Of a stretch of 64,000 nucleotides of DNA, positions 60,772 to 64,000 are shown in pieces. How positions within the stretch are numbered: the first letter of the stretch is position 1; the number at the start of each line of letters is the position of its first letter. A model generated the notes under the pieces. It was given only the letters and a program-made list of their open reading frames with translations. It ran no database searches and was not told the DNA's origin. This DNA is from an uncultured Nitrososphaerota archaeon (GTDB taxonomy: Archaea; Thermoproteota; Nitrososphaeria; Conexivisphaerales; DTJL01). A program made the translations under genes and the position numbers. The stretch lies in contig CAWJIE010000005.1 in assembly GCA_963842885.1 (NCBI GenBank), positions 32,001 to 96,000 on the forward strand, written 5' to 3'.

Positions 60772-61096
60772 CTCGGTCAGACCGACGACAATGGCTCTCA
60801 TCTAATGCCTTTGTCTCTATAACGCGTGGGCAAAAGCCCCTTGTGGCTCTGAAGTCTGGAGGCGAAGGTACTCATACCCAATTAGGTTCAAGCCCCTTCT
60901 CTTTGAGCTTAAGACATAATATCTGATTCAGCACTCGACCCGGTTCCATGATTGAACGCATTCCCTTGAATACCGTTCCACAAGCGATCTGTAGGCTTAA
61001 CGCGTGCGAAGTTGCAGGCGTGCCTATTGCTTTTTGGGTTCTAGTCCCTACCAGAGTCGGAGCCGACCCTACGGAATCGAAGGCACAAGTGTAGCT

Positions 61097-61561
61097 CTAG
61101 ACAGACAGCTGCTTTGAGAGCGCCAAGACGAGCGACTGAATTTCGCCCGCGATCCTTCTGACTTCAGTTAGGTCCTTTCCCTTCGGGTCGTCTAAGTTCC
61201 AATCTATCAGCTTCTTCTGCATCTTTGCGAGAATCGGTCTTGGACAGACCTTCTCGACGGAACAACCCATGGTCACGACCAGGTCTGCCTTTTCGATCAT
61301 GGCCTTAGTCAGCAGTTTGGGGACAGCGCCGGCCAGGTCCAACCCTTTCTCATGCATTACTTCTGCAACAACAGGGTCCACCTTCGATGCGGGCAGCGTA
61401 CCCGCACTGGCAGCGATGAACCCATTCTGCCTGGCTAGAACTTCAGCCATTTGACTCCTTCCAGCGTTCTCGACGCAGACAAAGAGCAACTTGGGAAGTT
61501 CCCTTTGCGATCGTGATTTCGATTCTCCTTTCCCCTTGTGGATTTCTTCGTCCAGAGCCAT
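61097..61561 (-). CDS. arsC: LMW-PTP-fold arsenate reductase
   Basis: FVCVENAGRSQMAE, SAGT.P, VTMGC....CP, W.L.DP. Confidence 0.88.
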   Translation of the reverse strand: MALDEEIHKGKGESKSRSQRELPKLLFVCVENAGRSQMAEVLARQNGFIAASAGTLPASKVDPVVAEVMHEKGLDLAGAVPKLLTKAMIEKADLVVTMGCSVEKVCPRPILAKMQKKLIDWNLDDPKGKDLTEVRRIAGEIQSLVLALSKQLSV

Positions 61562-61578
61562 GTTGATCTGCGAATACT

Positions 61579-61600
61579 CATATCAAAGTATTTAAATATG
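61579..61600. promoter_or_regulatory. Putative ArsR-type operator overlapping the divergent arsC/acr3 promoter
   Basis: CATAT-N12-ATATG pseudo-palindrome; related 22-mers at 58643-58664 and 60282-60303. Confidence 0.45.
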
Positions 61601-61627
61601 TTTTCATGATTGTTTCGCTGATGGTCC

Positions 61628-62734
61628 TTGAGCGAACCAGTACTCCAAGATGCTCCGAAGCGCCTGTCGTTCCTAACAAGGTTCCTGACCGTCTGGATTT
61701 TTCTGGCGATGGGTGCGGGGATCGGTCTTGGCGCCCTATTCCCAGGTTTCGCCACATTCCTCAAGGGCTTGAGCGTGGGCACAACCTCGATACCTATAGC
61801 TATAGGCCTTCTCTGGATGATGTACCCCCCATTGGCGGGGGTCCGCTACGAAGAGCTTTCGAAACTCAGGAACATGAAGAAGATGTTCTCTGCATCACTC
61901 ATCTTGAACTGGGCGGTGGGCCCTGTCTTGATGTTCGCTCTGGCCTGGGTGTTCCTTCCAGATCTTCCCGAATACAGGATAGGTCTGATCCTGATAGGCC
62001 TCGCACGCTGCATCGCCATGGTCATCGTATGGAACCGATTAGCCGGAGGGGATAATGAGTATGCCGCAATCTTGGTAGCCCTGAACTCCATCTTCCAGGT
62101 AGTCTTCTACTCTGTCTACGCCTACGCCTTCGTGACCGTCCTCTCAACCTGGATCACCCCAGGAGGGGGGGCCATAGTCAACGTCTCCATCATTGAAGTA
62201 GCTGAGACTGTCCTGATTTTCCTCGGGATGCCATTCTTCGGAGGAGTCCTCACGCGACTAATCTTGCTGCCGCGGAAAGGAGCAGACTGGTACAACCATA
62301 GGTTCCTAAGGTACCTAAACCCTGTTTCGTTAATCGGGCTCCTATTCACCATTGTGGTCATGTTTTCGCTGAAGGGCGAATACATCCTCGCTTTGCCCTT
62401 GGACGTCCTCCGAGTTGCCATCCCGCTCGCAGCCTACTTCGTCATCATGTTCACCCTCTCCTTCGCCCTGTCGAAGGCGTTGCATTTCGACTATCCATCT
62501 TCGGCCACGATGTCCTTCACGGCGGCGAGCAACAACTTCGAGCTGGCCATAGCGGTGGCTGTCGGCGTTTTCGGCATAAACTCGGGCGTGGCCTTCGCCA
62601 CGGTCATAGGTCCCCTTATCGAAGTGCCTGTCATGATAGGCTTGGTGAACGTATCACTCTGGGCTAAGAAGAAGTGGTATCGCTCGGAAAGCCTTACTAG
62701 AGAGACTGTCGTGGCGAAGGAACCAGTTGCCTAG
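61628..62734 (+). CDS. acr3: Arsenite efflux pump Acr3
   Basis: [38 protein letters not shown]. Confidence 0.96.
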   Translation: MSEPVLQDAPKRLSFLTRFLTVWIFLAMGAGIGLGALFPGFATFLKGLSVGTTSIPIAIGLLWMMYPPLAGVRYEELSKLRNMKKMFSASLILNWAVGPVLMFALAWVFLPDLPEYRIGLILIGLARCIAMVIVWNRLAGGDNEYAAILVALNSIFQVVFYSVYAYAFVTVLSTWITPGGGAIVNVSIIEVAETVLIFLGMPFFGGVLTRLILLPRKGADWYNHRFLRYLNPVSLIGLLFTIVVMFSLKGEYILALPLDVLRVAIPLAAYFVIMFTLSFALSKALHFDYPSSATMSFTAASNNFELAIAVAVGVFGINSGVAFATVIGPLIEVPVMIGLVNVSLWAKKKWYRSESLTRETVVAKEPVA

Positions 62735-62911
62735 ACGACATAGGACAGGGTTCCTATCAGAACCAGAACAAGGGTCCCCGAGAATTCGGCGAGCATCCTC
62801 CTTCGAAGGGACAGCTGCCTCTTCATCTGACTCCGCCCGGATTTCTCGACGCATGCGAAGAGGAAGTGGTCGTCCCTTCTCACATCAAAGACTCCCCTTT
62901 CCGCATCGCCA

Positions 62912-64000
62912 TTAGAACCCTATCGGCATGGGTTGGATGCCGTTCGTTGTGTCCAATATGAAGATGTGGTAATACCCCCCCACAGTCGCTGCAAATGCGA
63001 GATATATGCTGTCGGGGCTCCAAGACGGCTCGGTCGAATTGGCGTTTATAGGCCCCAACTGGTTGGCGGCCCAGGAGGTGACGTCCCATAGGAAGAGAGA
63101 CGTTCCGACGGCCTGGTTCTGTGCTATGTATGCTACGATGCTGCCGTTGGGGCTCCAGGCCAAGCTTTGGCTAGGGTCTATGGTTCCCGGCGTATATGGC
63201 GCGTCGAAGTAGGTGCGGACGTCGACGGCTATGGGCTCGGGTCCGTACTGGAACGTGGCGTTGGTGCCGTCAAGCCCGCTCACCCACAGATTGAAGTCCC
63301 CCGGGCTGTAGGTGCCGTAGTAATGCCTACCTGGGTGCTGGTTCTCAGGGACCAAGTCAGAGATATAGACAAGTCTCGAAGTGCTGAGCGATACCAAGGG
63401 CGCGGTGTAGTTCGCGTCGCCGCCCAGGACTACGCTCGAAGTTCCACTATTCAGGTCGTAGCTGAGGACTTCGTAGCTGCCCGCCGACTCGGTGGAATAA
63501 TAGATTTCATTCGGAGAGACCCAGGTCGCAGAGGAGTCATTTCCCTCCACCGCAGCGATTACTCTTACAGCCAAGGTCCTGGTGCTCACCGATACCAACT
63601 CAACGTTGCCCGCTGACATGTAGAAGAGCAGCTGCGTCCCGTCAGGGCTCCACTTTGGTTGCGTTTGAAGGACCGAATAGTTCCCCGAAGTCACGGTTGT
63701 GATGCTGGAGTTGGAAACAAAGACTATCCTTATGTCAGTTCGTGAGCCCACCTGGCTCCAGAAGGCCACACGAGATGAATCGGGGCTCCATGAAGGATCT
63801 GTCGCCGCCATGTTCGATGGCGTGAGCGCCTTCTCCCATGAGGCATCGAGCGCCATCGCCCATACCTGCCAGCCTCCGTTACGGTCCGAAACGAAAGCTA
63901 TCGTGCTTCCGTCAGGGCTCCAGACTGGAGACTTGTCGTTCCAAGCGCCGGAGGTGATGGCTACATACGCTACTTCGCCAACCAACGCGGCGGGAGGCGG
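62912..64000 (-). CDS. TolB/PD40 beta-propeller protein, paralogue of 57459-58601 (5' end outside window)
   Basis: TSGAWNDKSPVWSPDG..IAFVSDRNGGW closely matches the paralogue. Confidence 0.88.
   Translation of the reverse strand, partial: PPPAALVGEVAYVAITSGAWNDKSPVWSPDGSTIAFVSDRNGGWQVWAMALDASWEKALTPSNMAATDPSWSPDSSRVAFWSQVGSRTDIRIVFVSNSSITTVTSGNYSVLQTQPKWSPDGTQLLFYMSAGNVELVSVSTRTLAVRVIAAVEGNDSSATWVSPNEIYYSTESAGSYEVLSYDLNSGTSSVVLGGDANYTAPLVSLSTSRLVYISDLVPENQHPGRHYYGTYSPGDFNLWVSGLDGTNATFQYGPEPIAVDVRTYFDAPYTPGTIDPSQSLAWSPNGSIVAYIAQNQAVGTSLFLWDVTSWAANQLGPINANSTEPSWSPDSIYLAFAATVGGYYHIFILDTTNGIQPMPIGF

Noticed and set aside
1-64000. CRISPR array or cas genes
   Set aside because: No regularly spaced repeat-spacer array or Cas motifs seen; the repeat families are dispersed

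Overview
GC-rich archaeal chromosome segment, most consistent with a non-ammonia-oxidising Nitrososphaerota/TACK lineage. This is inferred from the top6AB-Dim2-RIO1-aIF1A-DUF424-aIF2beta block, a degenerate FtsZ-like gene and multi-intron tRNAs. A housekeeping core (about 4.5-47 kb) is flanked by two accessory regions: 0.6-4.4 kb downstream of tRNA-Ile2, and about 47.3-64 kb. Main observations: (1) tRNA-Asn(GTT) is split by three BHB introns, one at the unusual 8/9 junction, and tRNA-Leu(TAA) has two non-canonical introns. (2) An uncharacterised operon (YdjY-like, CcdA-like, CCG Fe-S protein, Tes/TrsS-like radical SAM, methyltransferase) lies next to arsM, arsC and acr3 and may be an organo-arsenic or metalloid pathway. 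(3) Three families of short non-coding repeats, including 28-bp 11-6-11 dif-like sites, bracket accessory genes like cassettes. (4) Other notable genes are a double-cubane-type reductase pair, a DERA homologue lacking its Schiff-base lysine, a ribophorin-I-like glycoprotein, a Rep-like relic with a G-skewed tract, and a 30-aa basic microprotein below the ORF-track cutoff. About 12 genes, including essential ones, are frameshifted, which most likely reflects long-read consensus error. All protein calls are from motif recognition by eye; no database searches were run.
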